Part shown: positions 16,735 to 25,366 of the stretch, piece after piece | Numbering within the stretch: position 1 is the first letter of the stretch | Layout: the number at the start of each line of letters is the position of its first letter | IMG/VR virus record: IMGVR_UViG_3300042363_000337 | Coordinates: 1-35,473 of that record | Reading direction: 5' to 3' (one strand) | From: a virus | Taxonomy: Duplodnaviria > Caudoviricetes | Length of the DNA stretch: 35,473 nt | Position numbers and translations under genes: made by a program | Notes under the pieces: model-generated | The model's input: the letters and a program-made list of their open reading frames with translations, nothing else | Told to the model about the DNA's origin: nothing | The model's database searches: none

Positions 16735-17127
16735 TTAGGAACCAAGCAGGGAACCGCTACCCGTGGCGCTGTTGGAGGACTCGGCTTTCTGCCCATCTTT
16801 GAGCAGGGAAGCCTTGAACCCAAAGCGACCGGCGTTGTTCTGAAGGGCTGACTGCTGCTGTGCCGCTACGTCAGCAGAGGAAGCAGTCGGAGGTGGTGGC
16901 GGGGGTGGGGGAGGCGGAGGAGGAGCAGGGATATTGATGACGGGGGCAGGAGGAGGTGGAGGCGGTGCAGGAGCAGGAGCCGGTGCCTTCCCTCCCCCCT
17001 TGTGGAGCGCCAGAGAGGGCTTGTTATCGTACTTCTCCTTGGGGAACGGAATGCCGCCGGCAACTGCCAATTCGGGCGTGAGAGCCGAAACTAATTCATC
17101 GAAAAACGATTCAATCTTGGAAAGCAT
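16735..17127 (-). CDS. Small Pro-rich virion protein upstream of portal
   Basis: GGGKAPAPAP, poly-Pro, GRFGFKASLL and C-terminal SLLG. Confidence 0.7.
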   Translation of the reverse strand: MLSKIESFFDELVSALTPELAVAGGIPFPKEKYDNKPSLALHKGGGKAPAPAPAPPPPPPAPVINIPAPPPPPPPPPPPPTASSADVAAQQQSALQNNAGRFGFKASLLKDGQKAESSNSATGSGSLLGS

Positions 17128-17168
17128 TAAGCGGAATTAACATCCGCGTACTAACTTGGCAAGAGGAA

Positions 17169-17519
17169 TTATGCAAAGAATCGCTTGGTTCTTTTATGGA
17201 TTTCTTCCCATGTGTAGAACTTTAGGCGATTTCTTTTCTCGAAACAGACAAAAGGAAGTCGGACATCTGCCGCTTCAAAGGCCCTTCGTATATTGCCGGC
17301 GTGTAAGTAGACTAACCAGCAATCAGGGTTCTCATGTTTAACCCAGGGATTCACGATGTCGGCGTGAGGTGCGTCACGCCTAACTTTGCGCCCCATGATG
17401 AAATACTGATCGGTGGAGTGAACGTGTCCATTGAGCAAGTGAGCCTCTAGGTCTTCCTTGAATGACCTAGCGCAATGCTCCTTGCTGTAGACTGCCGCTG
17501 CTACTTCAACGGGGGTCAT
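17169..17519 (-). CDS. Hypothetical protein, possibly GNAT-like fold
   Basis: ORF in operon; GHVHSTDQYFIMGR...CWLVYLHAGN; fold is inference. Confidence 0.55.
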   Translation of the reverse strand: MTPVEVAAAVYSKEHCARSFKEDLEAHLLNGHVHSTDQYFIMGRKVRRDAPHADIVNPWVKHENPDCWLVYLHAGNIRRAFEAADVRLPFVCFEKRNRLKFYTWEEIHKRTKRFFA

Positions 17520-17581
17520 AGCCTACGGTCTAATTGTGTAAAGCCGGCTTTAGACTATAGCCGTTGTCTAAAGTGAGGAAA

Positions 17582-17758
17582 CTACTCCCTATCGACCAAA
17601 GTCCCAAGCCATTTGCCCCTTGCAGTCGTTCCCCTGCGACGATCCACCTTGTCCCATTGAGCGGACAACATGGAGATAGATTTGCTCTCGGACTTCCTTC
17701 CCGTGGCCTTGCGGCCTGATCCCTTGCGCTTGCCGCCATGAGTCTTCTTCGTTGCCAT
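17582..17758 (-). CDS. 58 aa GGxRxGxGRK / ribbon-helix-helix-like DNA-binding protein (not in ORF track)
   Basis: AGGAGG SD, then MATKKTHGGKRKGSGRKATGRKSESKSISMLSAQWDKVDRRRGTTARGKWLGTLVDRE; resembles the C-terminus of 28285-28734. Confidence 0.7.
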   Translation of the reverse strand: MATKKTHGGKRKGSGRKATGRKSESKSISMLSAQWDKVDRRRGTTARGKWLGTLVDRE

Positions 17759-17942
17759 TGCCTCCTATATGCCAGCGGAGGTCTATGTTTGCAACCCAAG
17801 CCCGACATGATGGCTTGTTGTCTCCTTGGAGTTTTTGGAGATGGGCGATGCGGTTCAGCTTTTTGACTGTGCGTATCATCGGAATGTTTTCTGGGTGGGT
17901 TGCCAGAATATGCCGGCCATCTTGAAAAAGGAAACATTTTTT

Positions 17943-19253
17943 TCAAGTTCCTCGGAATCCCATGATGACATCCGGGCGACCCATCGGCCTCGGACGCCTT
18001 GCGATGGCAGTCCTGTCAACGACAAGCCCTGCCTTGATTGCCTGATGCGCTAGTGAGAAGGAGTCAGCACTATGGGAAGACCAATCATGCAAGGGTACAT
18101 TCTTGATGGACACACCGTCCCTCTCTTCCTTGCTGCAATATGCGTCGAGCGAGTCGATCCCGTCCCGGCATCCTTCCTCGTTGAAGTAGATCCTTGGAAA
18201 AGCATCAAGGGCAAGCCCAATGCCATCCCACACGCTCATCTGCCTTGGTACAGGAACAACATTGGCTAGCCCTCCGAGCTTGAGAGCCTCCTGCCAGAGT
18301 CCTCCGTTTTCCTGTGCGGCATCATGGGGAATGAAGTGCGCCCCGTATCGGTATTGCTTCTGTGTAAGCCGGCCTGCCCAATCCGCCGGCGTCTTGCAGT
18401 CATCACCTCCTGACAATGCCTCTAGGAAGTTGATGCGGTCTCCCACCATCTGCCATATCCAGCATCGTTGATTGAGGGGAGCGCCTACGTCGAACGAGGT
18501 ATAGACGGGCGCCTCCTTGAACCACAGGACATCATTGCTGATGCGCTTGGAGTCTCTAGCCTCTGAAATGCTCTTGGAGTAAATTGCCCCAGGGCGACCA
18601 ATATCAAAAGATGTCTCGTACTCCTGCTCAAAGATATGCTTTGGGGTGCCTCGCTTGATGTCGGCAAGCTCTTGGGGATCAAGGATGCCCGACTCACTTG
18701 CCTTGAGTCGCAATGTGAACCATGAGGGGTCTAGCAGGGCAGCTTTGTAGAGACGCCAGAAATTGTCGCGGCCTTTGGGGGTTCCAATCATGGTAGCCCA
18801 TCCTTGATAATCAGATAAGCAGGGGCGAATGACCGCATACCATGCCTGCGGGTCAATATCGGCAAACTCGTCAATCACTACCCCGTCTAGGTAGATGCCT
18901 CGGAGACGTTCGTATGCTTCCCCGGAGTAGAGTCGGATCGTCGCCTTGTTCGGCAGAGTCACTTGAAGGTCGGCCTCGTTGACCTTGACCTCTGGGATCT
19001 GTGCCGTGAACGACTTCAGATACCCCCATGCAATGTCTTTGGTCTGGTCACGGGTCGGAGCAAGGTAGGCATAGCGAAGCGCCGGTCCTTCACGCTTATG
19101 GGTCAATGCCCTGTGCAGGAGGTCTTGGATGCAGCCAAAGGTCTTGCCGCCTCGTCGATGGACAACGAGACAAGCCCACCTCTCCTTGCGCTCAAGGTAG
19201 CCTAGGAACTGATCCCTAGGTTCCAGTTCAATGATGATTTTGGGCTTTGCCAC
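17943..19253 (-). CDS. terL: Terminase large subunit
   Basis: HRRGGKT Walker A, LRGIYLDGVVIDE Walker B, GTPKG, HDWSSHSADSF nuclease motif. Confidence 0.95.
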   Translation of the reverse strand: MAKPKIIIELEPRDQFLGYLERKERWACLVVHRRGGKTFGCIQDLLHRALTHKREGPALRYAYLAPTRDQTKDIAWGYLKSFTAQIPEVKVNEADLQVTLPNKATIRLYSGEAYERLRGIYLDGVVIDEFADIDPQAWYAVIRPCLSDYQGWATMIGTPKGRDNFWRLYKAALLDPSWFTLRLKASESGILDPQELADIKRGTPKHIFEQEYETSFDIGRPGAIYSKSISEARDSKRISNDVLWFKEAPVYTSFDVGAPLNQRCWIWQMVGDRINFLEALSGGDDCKTPADWAGRLTQKQYRYGAHFIPHDAAQENGGLWQEALKLGGLANVVPVPRQMSVWDGIGLALDAFPRIYFNEEGCRDGIDSLDAYCSKEERDGVSIKNVPLHDWSSHSADSFSLAHQAIKAGLVVDRTAIARRPRPMGRPDVIMGFRGT

Positions 19254-19614
19254 CTATTTTAACGATGATGTCCATGCCTCCGTTGATCTCTACCTTGTCG
19301 GGTTCGTTGAATCCGCAAGCCTTTGCCGTGAGATCAGCAATACGAGGCCAATTACTGTGATCTTTGGGAAGATTTCGCAGTCCATCAACCAGTTCTGAAA
19401 GATATTCAGCGCGAGTAATCCCTGACTTGATAGCAAGTCTGGCTTGGATTTCCTGCACCCGTGCCTTGACACTAGCATTGCCTAGCAGTCGAGAAGCGGA
19501 GACATCGGCACCTTTTTCAGAGTAACCGGCCTCCTTGTACGCCTCTGTCGCGGATTTGCCTAAAGCAACTCCTTGGGCAAATGATTCGTGCCTAGCATTG
19601 TCGAGTGCGCTCAT
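19228..19614 (-). CDS. terS: Terminase small subunit
   Basis: HESFAQ...SATEAYKEAGYS...ASRLL HTH; upstream of terL. Confidence 0.88.
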   Translation of the reverse strand: MSALDNARHESFAQGVALGKSATEAYKEAGYSEKGADVSASRLLGNASVKARVQEIQARLAIKSGITRAEYLSELVDGLRNLPKDHSNWPRIADLTAKACGFNEPDKVEINGGMDIIVKIGGKAQNHH

Positions 19615-20126
19615 GTTGCAAAAGAGGATTCAAGTCCAACTTCAAGGAACTGATTGGCAAGATTCCATGCTTCTTCGCTTGTCAGTTGTGTAAATGGGTC
19701 GCTTTTGTTCCAATGACAGAGTTTTTTGCAATTTCGGATCTTGGCAAAATCATCTTGATCTAAAACAAACCATTCCCCGCTAGAGTGTTTTGACTCAAAG
19801 AATTTATGGAGGCGTCGTTCAAGTAAAAACGCCAGGTCTTCTTCTCCAGCATAAAAGAGTCTAAACTTTTGGATTTTTATTGGGCACCCAACTTGAAGTT
19901 CTTGAACTCTTTTGTCTGGATTGGTTGCCAATCCAATTTTGGTAAATGGGCCGGCGTTAATGAAATACAAAAAATAATCGCGCTTCACCACAGCATCTTG
20001 GGTTTTATCCACCTCAAGGGCGTGTTCAAGTGATGAATAGCCTCTTGCGTTAGTCCATCCCATTGCGTTTGCAACAGTCAATCCGCACAGCATCCTGTGT
20101 TTCCATGTATATCTTTTATCGCTCAT
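19611..20126 (-). CDS. GIY-YIG superfamily (T5orf172/MUG113-like) nuclease
   Basis: LYFI...TKIG...RVQELQVGCP...LERRLHKFF...GEWF; visibly AT-richer. Confidence 0.8.
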   Translation of the reverse strand: MSDKRYTWKHRMLCGLTVANAMGWTNARGYSSLEHALEVDKTQDAVVKRDYFLYFINAGPFTKIGLATNPDKRVQELQVGCPIKIQKFRLFYAGEEDLAFLLERRLHKFFESKHSSGEWFVLDQDDFAKIRNCKKLCHWNKSDPFTQLTSEEAWNLANQFLEVGLESSFAT

Positions 20127-20284
20127 GGATATTTAACCACAGTTCGGTTGTTTTTCTTGAGGAAGACCTTTCCTGTGAGTGGGTTGTCTCGACGCTGAAT
20201 AGCGGCTATTCCTTCGGAAAACGCCTTGAAGTTATCGCGGCGACCATCGCCCTTTCCTTGTGATCTTGGACGGCGGCAGCTCAA
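20123..20284 (-). CDS. 53 aa basic hypothetical protein (not in ORF track)
   Basis: TTG start, GKGDGRRDNF motif, stop overlaps the next ATG (ATGA). Confidence 0.5.
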   Translation of the reverse strand: MSCRRPRSQGKGDGRRDNFKAFSEGIAAIQRRDNPLTGKVFLKKNNRTVVKYP

Positions 20285-20332
20285 CTGATGAAATTGGCTA
20301 GAGGTTTAATAACTCCCATAATTGCGGTAATT

Positions 20333-20851
20333 TTACTGGTTGGTTTTGTCGGGTGTCAAGGATATTAGTGCGTTTCTTACAATAAGCTCCACGTTGTCAC
20401 AGGCGCGAACGTAGTTCCCATCATAGCAGTTGGTGATATGGAGGCAGGAAAGCATGGCTTCCTTTAGCCTCTCGACCTCAGCCTCTGCCTTCTCTGCTCG
20501 TTTTTGCTCTCGTTCTGCGCGGGTTCCGTAGTCCCAAGCGGCTAACTCTTTTTTTAGCCTCTCGACCTCGGCCTGTGATGCGGCGAGTTCTTGATCTAAG
20601 AGATTCCTGTCTTCAATCATGGTGTCCCTAGACATTCTGGTATTCTCCAAGATGTTGTTGAGCCTTGCGACCTCGGCCTCGGCTCTCTTCCTCGTCTCGC
20701 GTTCCTGCCGCAGTTCTTCAGCATTGCAAGTTGCGTCTAGCTCATTCTGGAGTCGGGCGACCTCGGCTTTAGATGCCTTTAGCTCACGCTCTAGCTCCTG
20801 CCCAAGCTTCAATCTTGCGGCATCGGTTCGTGGTGTGTCGGTGGTTTTCAT
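20333..20851 (-). CDS. Coiled-coil DTPRT/AEVERL-repeat protein
   Basis: ATGA-coupled start at 20851; four (A/Q)AEV(A/E)RL-type repeats. Confidence 0.65.
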   Translation of the reverse strand: MKTTDTPRTDAARLKLGQELERELKASKAEVARLQNELDATCNAEELRQERETRKRAEAEVARLNNILENTRMSRDTMIEDRNLLDQELAASQAEVERLKKELAAWDYGTRAEREQKRAEKAEAEVERLKEAMLSCLHITNCYDGNYVRACDNVELIVRNALISLTPDKTNQ

Positions 20852-21141
20852 TTTTGGTTGGGGAAGATCACTTTTTTCAATGGCACTCCCGCTAGGCTCC
20901 CTTCGCAGGGGAAAGCGTGGTTGTATTTGCATCGCGAGCAATAGGGCTGTTCTCCTTCCTGCTTTGGCAACGGGCGGCGGGTGCGGTATCTGAACGCCTC
21001 ATGGTCTATAGGCATTGCACCCACCTCGTATGGGAAAACATCAAGCCATACTCCGTGTAGCCTATCGTGGTGCTTTGCTTGGACTTGATCCCCTGTGTGG
21101 AGTTCCTCGTCTGGCCCAAGCTCTCGCCATTCGGGGATCAT
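20848..21141 (-). CDS. Hypothetical protein
   Basis: ATGA-coupled at both ends; CxxC near the C-terminus. Confidence 0.6.
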   Translation of the reverse strand: MIPEWRELGPDEELHTGDQVQAKHHDRLHGVWLDVFPYEVGAMPIDHEAFRYRTRRPLPKQEGEQPYCSRCKYNHAFPCEGSLAGVPLKKVIFPNQK

Positions 21142-21338
21142 TTTGTTGACTGTTCTCTGAAGGCTATTTCTTTACGGAGCCTCTCGACCTCGGCCTTTGA
21201 TGCGTTTAGTTCGCGTTCGATCTGAGCGCAGACCTCTGCGTGAACGTAGTTCTCATAGACGGAGCAATCTTTCTCCGAAAGCTCTTCGTTTTTCTTGAGA
21301 GACATAGCGGAAACAGTTCGTGGTGTGTCGGGGTTCAT
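21138..21338 (-). CDS. Small DTPRT/ERELN protein
   Basis: ATGA coupling; motifs shared with neighbours. Confidence 0.6.
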   Translation of the reverse strand: MNPDTPRTVSAMSLKKNEELSEKDCSVYENYVHAEVCAQIERELNASKAEVERLRKEIAFREQSTK

Positions 21339-21517
21339 TTAATCAGTTTTTCGTATTTTTCTCTTACATCTAAAATCAGCGGGTAATCTGCTGGCCTTTT
21401 GCAAATTTGAATTAGAAGGCGTTCAAGCTCTCGCACCATGTAGGCCGGCACCCAGTCGGTGTTCGGCTCTGGCACCCAGGGGGAGGCGTGTTTGTCTGTA
21501 TAGGGGGTGTCGGTCAT
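21335..21517 (-). CDS. Small DTP/RELER protein
   Basis: ATGA coupling to dnaB; motifs shared with neighbours. Confidence 0.55.
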   Translation of the reverse strand: MTDTPYTDKHASPWVPEPNTDWVPAYMVRELERLLIQICKRPADYPLILDVREKYEKLIK

Positions 21518-22848
21518 CTCTCGTAATCGCTGAAGGTTGTGGTTGGGCCATCAAACCAGAGAGTCTTAACCTCGTTGGCTACACCTGATCGGTTCTTGGC
21601 AACTAGGATCTCTGCGTCCTCGGATGCCTTCTCTTTCTTTCGGTGAAGCAGCATGACGATATCTGCGTCCTGTTCAATGGCACCTGACTCACGAAGGTCG
21701 GAGAGCATGGGCTTACCTCCCTTTCTCTTTTCGATCTCTCGGTTGAGTTGGGACAGGGCAATGACCGGGATGTTCAGTTCCTTGGCGAGTTCCTTGAGAC
21801 CTCCCGTAATTTCAGCGATCTCAAGGTGCCGGTTCTGTTCTGATCTCTTGGTGGTTCCCTTCATCAGTTGGAGGTAATCAATGAAGAGGATGTCCAGTTT
21901 CCCCTGCTTCTTGTAGATTCGCGCCTGGGATCGAAGGTCAGCGATGGAAACATTCTCCTTTTCGCTGATGATGATAGAATCGCTTAAAATGCCCGTAGAT
22001 TGCATGATCTTGTTCATTGCCCCTCTCTCCGCAATTCCTGTTCTGATGATTTCTAGGGGCATCCTCGCTTCACCAAGGAGGATTCTGCGACCGACTTCCA
22101 ATGCTGGCATCTCTAGGGTGAAGAGAACCGGCTTGTGACCGGCCTTGAGTGCCGAGACCGCCATGTTGGTAGCCAAGGCACTTTTGCCAATGGAGGGACG
22201 GGCGGCGAGGATGATGAGTTGACCGCCTCGGAAACCGTTGAAAACCTCGTCGAGTTTCTTGAACCCGGAGGTGATCCCAAGGAGTTCCCCTTTGTTCCTG
22301 ACGGCATACTCCAAGCTGTCAATGATCGGATTGGCTAGATCCTTCAAGGTCATGGAGTGCTTGGGTAGGTGGCGCTTGCCCTTGATGTCGGCCCAGATGG
22401 ACTCCACCTCTGCCATGAGTTCATCGACGGGTTGGTTGCCTGACCTTCTGGCCTCGACCAAGATTTGCTCTGCCGCTTGAATGACTGCCCGTTTGGTTGC
22501 CTTGTCCTTGAGGATGTCGGCGTGTTCCTTGGCAATCAGGTGGGTGGGGCAGAAGTCGGTGATCTCAATGAGGGTGTTAAAGCCCCCGATGTCCTCCATC
22601 GTTTTGTCCTCGGACATCCTCTGCGCTACCGAAGCGGTTGCCGTGGAGGAACCCTTGGCGTTTAGGGCAAGGATGGTTCTCCAGATGATCGCATGGGATG
22701 GGTGGAAGAAGTGGGCTTCCGTCAGGTCGGTTAGCTCGTCCACGCAGGGAGCCTTCATGACTGCACCCAGGACGATCTTTTCAGACTCAAGGGATGCCGG
22801 CATGGAGTTCATGGGGATTAGCTGCTGGGGTGGGGAAGTGAAGTTCAT
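21514..22848 (-). CDS. dnaB: Replicative DNA helicase, DnaB family
   Basis: AARPSIGKS, IDYLQL, LSQLNR, SDLRESGAIEQDAD, VAKNRSG. Confidence 0.96.
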   Translation of the reverse strand: MNFTSPPQQLIPMNSMPASLESEKIVLGAVMKAPCVDELTDLTEAHFFHPSHAIIWRTILALNAKGSSTATASVAQRMSEDKTMEDIGGFNTLIEITDFCPTHLIAKEHADILKDKATKRAVIQAAEQILVEARRSGNQPVDELMAEVESIWADIKGKRHLPKHSMTLKDLANPIIDSLEYAVRNKGELLGITSGFKKLDEVFNGFRGGQLIILAARPSIGKSALATNMAVSALKAGHKPVLFTLEMPALEVGRRILLGEARMPLEIIRTGIAERGAMNKIMQSTGILSDSIIISEKENVSIADLRSQARIYKKQGKLDILFIDYLQLMKGTTKRSEQNRHLEIAEITGGLKELAKELNIPVIALSQLNREIEKRKGGKPMLSDLRESGAIEQDADIVMLLHRKKEKASEDAEILVAKNRSGVANEVKTLWFDGPTTTFSDYER

Positions 22849-22851
22849 GGT

Positions 22852-23550
22852 TTAGCTCCTTGGAAATGCGGCCCACTCGTCCTGCTCCTCTGGAATCGAC
22901 ACCTCGTCATTCCAGCAACCGGCCTTGATCCACCTTTCGGGGTCTTTCCATGACGGGATAAACTCTCCCTCCGCAGGGTTTTCCCTCCATGCCTTCTGAC
23001 GGGATAGGGATTGCAGGACTGATTCGATGTCTGGGGAAGCCTTCTTCCACTCCTTGAGGGCATTGGCCTTGCCGACCTTTTTGGGGTATGCAGACCAGAA
23101 TCGCTCAAACGACTCGCCCGATGGCGACCTTTTATCGTCTTCGTCTACGGATACGTCTCCGTCTAGGTGAGCATTTGATATCATATGCGTAGCATCTGCT
23201 ATGCACGTGCTATGCAGCTGCTCATCATATGCTGGGAACTTGCTAGTATTTGACCGCACTTGCTGCCGAAAATCCAAGATTTCCAAGTATCGCTTCCCGT
23301 CCTTTGCCGGGTACACCCTTACAAGAGCCGAGTTCACGCAGGCGGTGAGCCACTTCTCAATGTCCGAGTCGGATACTTTCTGCAACAATAGCGGGTAGCA
23401 AGCAGCCCGGAGTAATGCCGGTTTAGCGTAGTACCTTCCGTAGTCATCGACTACCGACATGATGCGCCGGTAGAATATCTCCTCCGCCCAGCCGAGTCTT
23501 TCAAACTTCTCGCTGGTAAGGATGCCTTCTCTGATGATCCTGTTTGGCAT
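22852..23550 (-). CDS. Phage replication initiator protein
   Basis: MPNRIIREGILTSE...DDYGR N-domain and FERFWSAYPKKVGK C-domain; upstream of dnaB. Confidence 0.85.
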   Translation of the reverse strand: MPNRIIREGILTSEKFERLGWAEEIFYRRIMSVVDDYGRYYAKPALLRAACYPLLLQKVSDSDIEKWLTACVNSALVRVYPAKDGKRYLEILDFRQQVRSNTSKFPAYDEQLHSTCIADATHMISNAHLDGDVSVDEDDKRSPSGESFERFWSAYPKKVGKANALKEWKKASPDIESVLQSLSRQKAWRENPAEGEFIPSWKDPERWIKAGCWNDEVSIPEEQDEWAAFPRS

Positions 23551-23551
23551 A

Positions 23552-23737
23552 CTAGAGGACGGGGAGGATCTTGTTGATGTCCTGTTGAATGGACATGATT
23601 GCCCTTTGGATGATCTCCATCTTATCTCTATCAGGGTCGTGCTTTAGGCTTTCCGCTGCCCTAGTCTGAAGCGCCTTTAATTCAAGGAGCTTAATCATAT
23701 CGCCCCTAGTGATGGTTAATAAGTCATTCTTGTTCAT
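23552..23737 (-). CDS. Hypothetical protein
   Basis: ORF between the structured leader and the initiator. Confidence 0.55.
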   Translation of the reverse strand: MNKNDLLTITRGDMIKLLELKALQTRAAESLKHDPDRDKMEIIQRAIMSIQQDINKILPVL

Positions 23738-23741
23738 ATAA

Positions 23742-23889
23742 TCAAAAAGAAATCCCTGTTCCGATAGTGGTGAAGATTGCCGTGAAAATGCGGCTCACTA
23801 CAGGAACAGGGATATAAATTTCTCTTTTCATAATTGGCTCTTCACAGCCGTTTTTTTGTGAAATTAGTTTAGTGAAGTTAGTTGGTCAA
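23742..23889 (-). promoter_or_regulatory. Promoter plus kissing-loop leader/terminator upstream of the replication operon
   Basis: TTGACC-N17-TAATTT; GGCT-GTGAAG-AGCC hairpin; 11-bp stem ATCCCTGTTCC/GGAACAGGGAT enclosing TCTTCAC; U-tract. Confidence 0.65.
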
Positions 23890-23896
23890 GCGGATA

Positions 23897-24274
23897 TTAA
23901 ATCGACTCAATAGCTTTCTTGTAATCTTCCACCGTGGTAATGACGTTAGACTCGCAAAGGTCTGACCTCCTTAAAATGTCTAGGAAATGTCCAGCTTCAA
24001 GGATGACAAGCCACCTCCTGCCATTGCGCTTGTGAGCAACAACGGGAATCTTCTTGCCGGCGTCACACTTGGCTTGGTCATGCCAGTTGTAGGGATTGCC
24101 TGCCTCTACCCTCTTCACTTCAAAGTGGACATCTGGCAGTTCTGGGCAGACCACATCGGGGGAGTCGGTGCCACCAGAGAATTGCTGCCCTCTCCGGGCC
24201 TTTAGGAAGCCGGCTTCCCGTAACTGGTCGCGCCATTCCCTCTCTCCGCGACATCCTTTGGCTCGGCTGTTCAT
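23897..24274 (-). CDS. Holliday junction resolvase (Hjc-like PD-(D/E)XK)
   Basis: SRAKGCRGERE...RRGQQFSGG..SPDV...HFEVKR. Confidence 0.85.
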   Translation of the reverse strand: MNSRAKGCRGEREWRDQLREAGFLKARRGQQFSGGTDSPDVVCPELPDVHFEVKRVEAGNPYNWHDQAKCDAGKKIPVVAHKRNGRRWLVILEAGHFLDILRRSDLCESNVITTVEDYKKAIESI

Positions 24275-24528
24275 TCCCGTTCCTCCTCATTGATAAGCTC
24301 GACTGCCGCAATGTAGGAAGCCCCTGGGGGTAGCTCCCACTCCTGCTGTGCGGATTTCACGCCCTCAAGGAAGCCTAGCTCAAAGGCTTGCTTCCAGCGG
24401 TCGAGGTGGTCGATATGACCAGTTCCATTCTGTCCGAGGTATCTTATGCCTTCCTGTTTCCAGCGTTGTAGCCAGAGGGGATCTTGTTCGGTGTTATTGC
24501 TCATGGTTTTAGTTGCTTCTTGGGTCAT
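24271..24528 (-). CDS. Hypothetical protein
   Basis: Coupled ORF; start may be 24504. Confidence 0.55.
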   Translation of the reverse strand: MTQEATKTMSNNTEQDPLWLQRWKQEGIRYLGQNGTGHIDHLDRWKQAFELGFLEGVKSAQQEWELPPGASYIAAVELINEEERE

Positions 24529-24820
24529 CTGCGCGGGTTAAGGCTGTCTTTTCGGGGTATCCGAGTTCTACAAGTGCTTCTACGAGAGGCCCGTAAGGGG
24601 CTTCCTCGTTGGTGAACTTGAGGTAAGTGTCTAGGTGGGGCCACCTGTCTCCGACCGTTCGGAGGGCGAAGTAGTCCCACCAGACAAGCCTTGCGGCGAA
24701 CTCCCTGATAGATTCGGGGAGGGCGTTGATACGCTCCACCCACTCATCCGGGGATCGGTCTCGCAGGGTGCGGAGTTTTTCTAACTCCTCCTTGGGTAAC
24801 TTGTTGATGTTCGATGCCAT
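24509..24820 (-). CDS. Hypothetical protein
   Basis: Packed ORF in the early operon. Confidence 0.6.
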   Translation of the reverse strand: MASNINKLPKEELEKLRTLRDRSPDEWVERINALPESIREFAARLVWWDYFALRTVGDRWPHLDTYLKFTNEEAPYGPLVEALVELGYPEKTALTRADDPRSN

Positions 24821-24821
24821 A

Positions 24822-25037
24822 CTATTTCCCGTTTAAGAGTTGGTTGAGTCTGATAACCTCGGCTTGGAGGGCTTCGTTATCAGATATAACCCCGTCGAGG
24901 GCTTCCTGTAGCTCTGCGCGGTCGGTGTCTAGGTCGCGGAGGTAATCCGAGAGGCGTCTTAACCTGTTCAAGTCATCCTCTGGAAAGCTCGGCGTTGCCG
25001 CCGGCCCGAATGAGATGCGTCCTACTTCCATGCTCAT
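24822..25037 (-). CDS. Small coiled-coil protein
   Basis: ATGA-coupled start at 25037. Confidence 0.55.
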   Translation of the reverse strand: MSMEVGRISFGPAATPSFPEDDLNRLRRLSDYLRDLDTDRAELQEALDGVISDNEALQAEVIRLNQLLNGK

Positions 25038-25366
25038 GCGGCCCTCCTGTGCCATTGACTTGATGTGCGCTGAACCCTCTCCAACATCCGTTTAATCTGC
25101 GACTCATAGCGTCCCCGCCATTCGCTGAACTCTTCGGGCGTGACGCGACTTGTCAGCTTGTATCCGTTATCCGTTCCGATGATCTTCCCGTCAGATGCCT
25201 CTGCCAGTTTGCGGATGTATCGGTCGGTCATATCAAGATCGACGCTGATGCTCTTGGCGGTGATCCAGTAATCGTGCCAGGTGAGGTATTCCATGAGCTG
25301 TGCCACATCCTCCTCGATGTGACGCTTTTCCTTGGAGGAGAGGGGGAGATCGAGTTGAGCGATCAC
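25034..25366 (-). CDS. Putative winged-HTH protein
   Basis: WITAKSI...DRYIRKL...IIGTDNGYKL. Confidence 0.6.
   Translation of the reverse strand: MIAQLDLPLSSKEKRHIEEDVAQLMEYLTWHDYWITAKSISVDLDMTDRYIRKLAEASDGKIIGTDNGYKLTSRVTPEEFSEWRGRYESQIKRMLERVQRTSSQWHRRAA

Noticed and set aside
16885-16990. GGA/GGT-rich repeat as a DNA element
   Set aside because: Explained by poly-Pro/Ala-Pro codons of the 16735-17127 protein.
20308-20333. AATAACTCCCATAATTGCGGTAATT as another operator-like palindrome
   Set aside because: Only about 8 of 12 positions pair; too weak to call alone, though worth including in a motif search.
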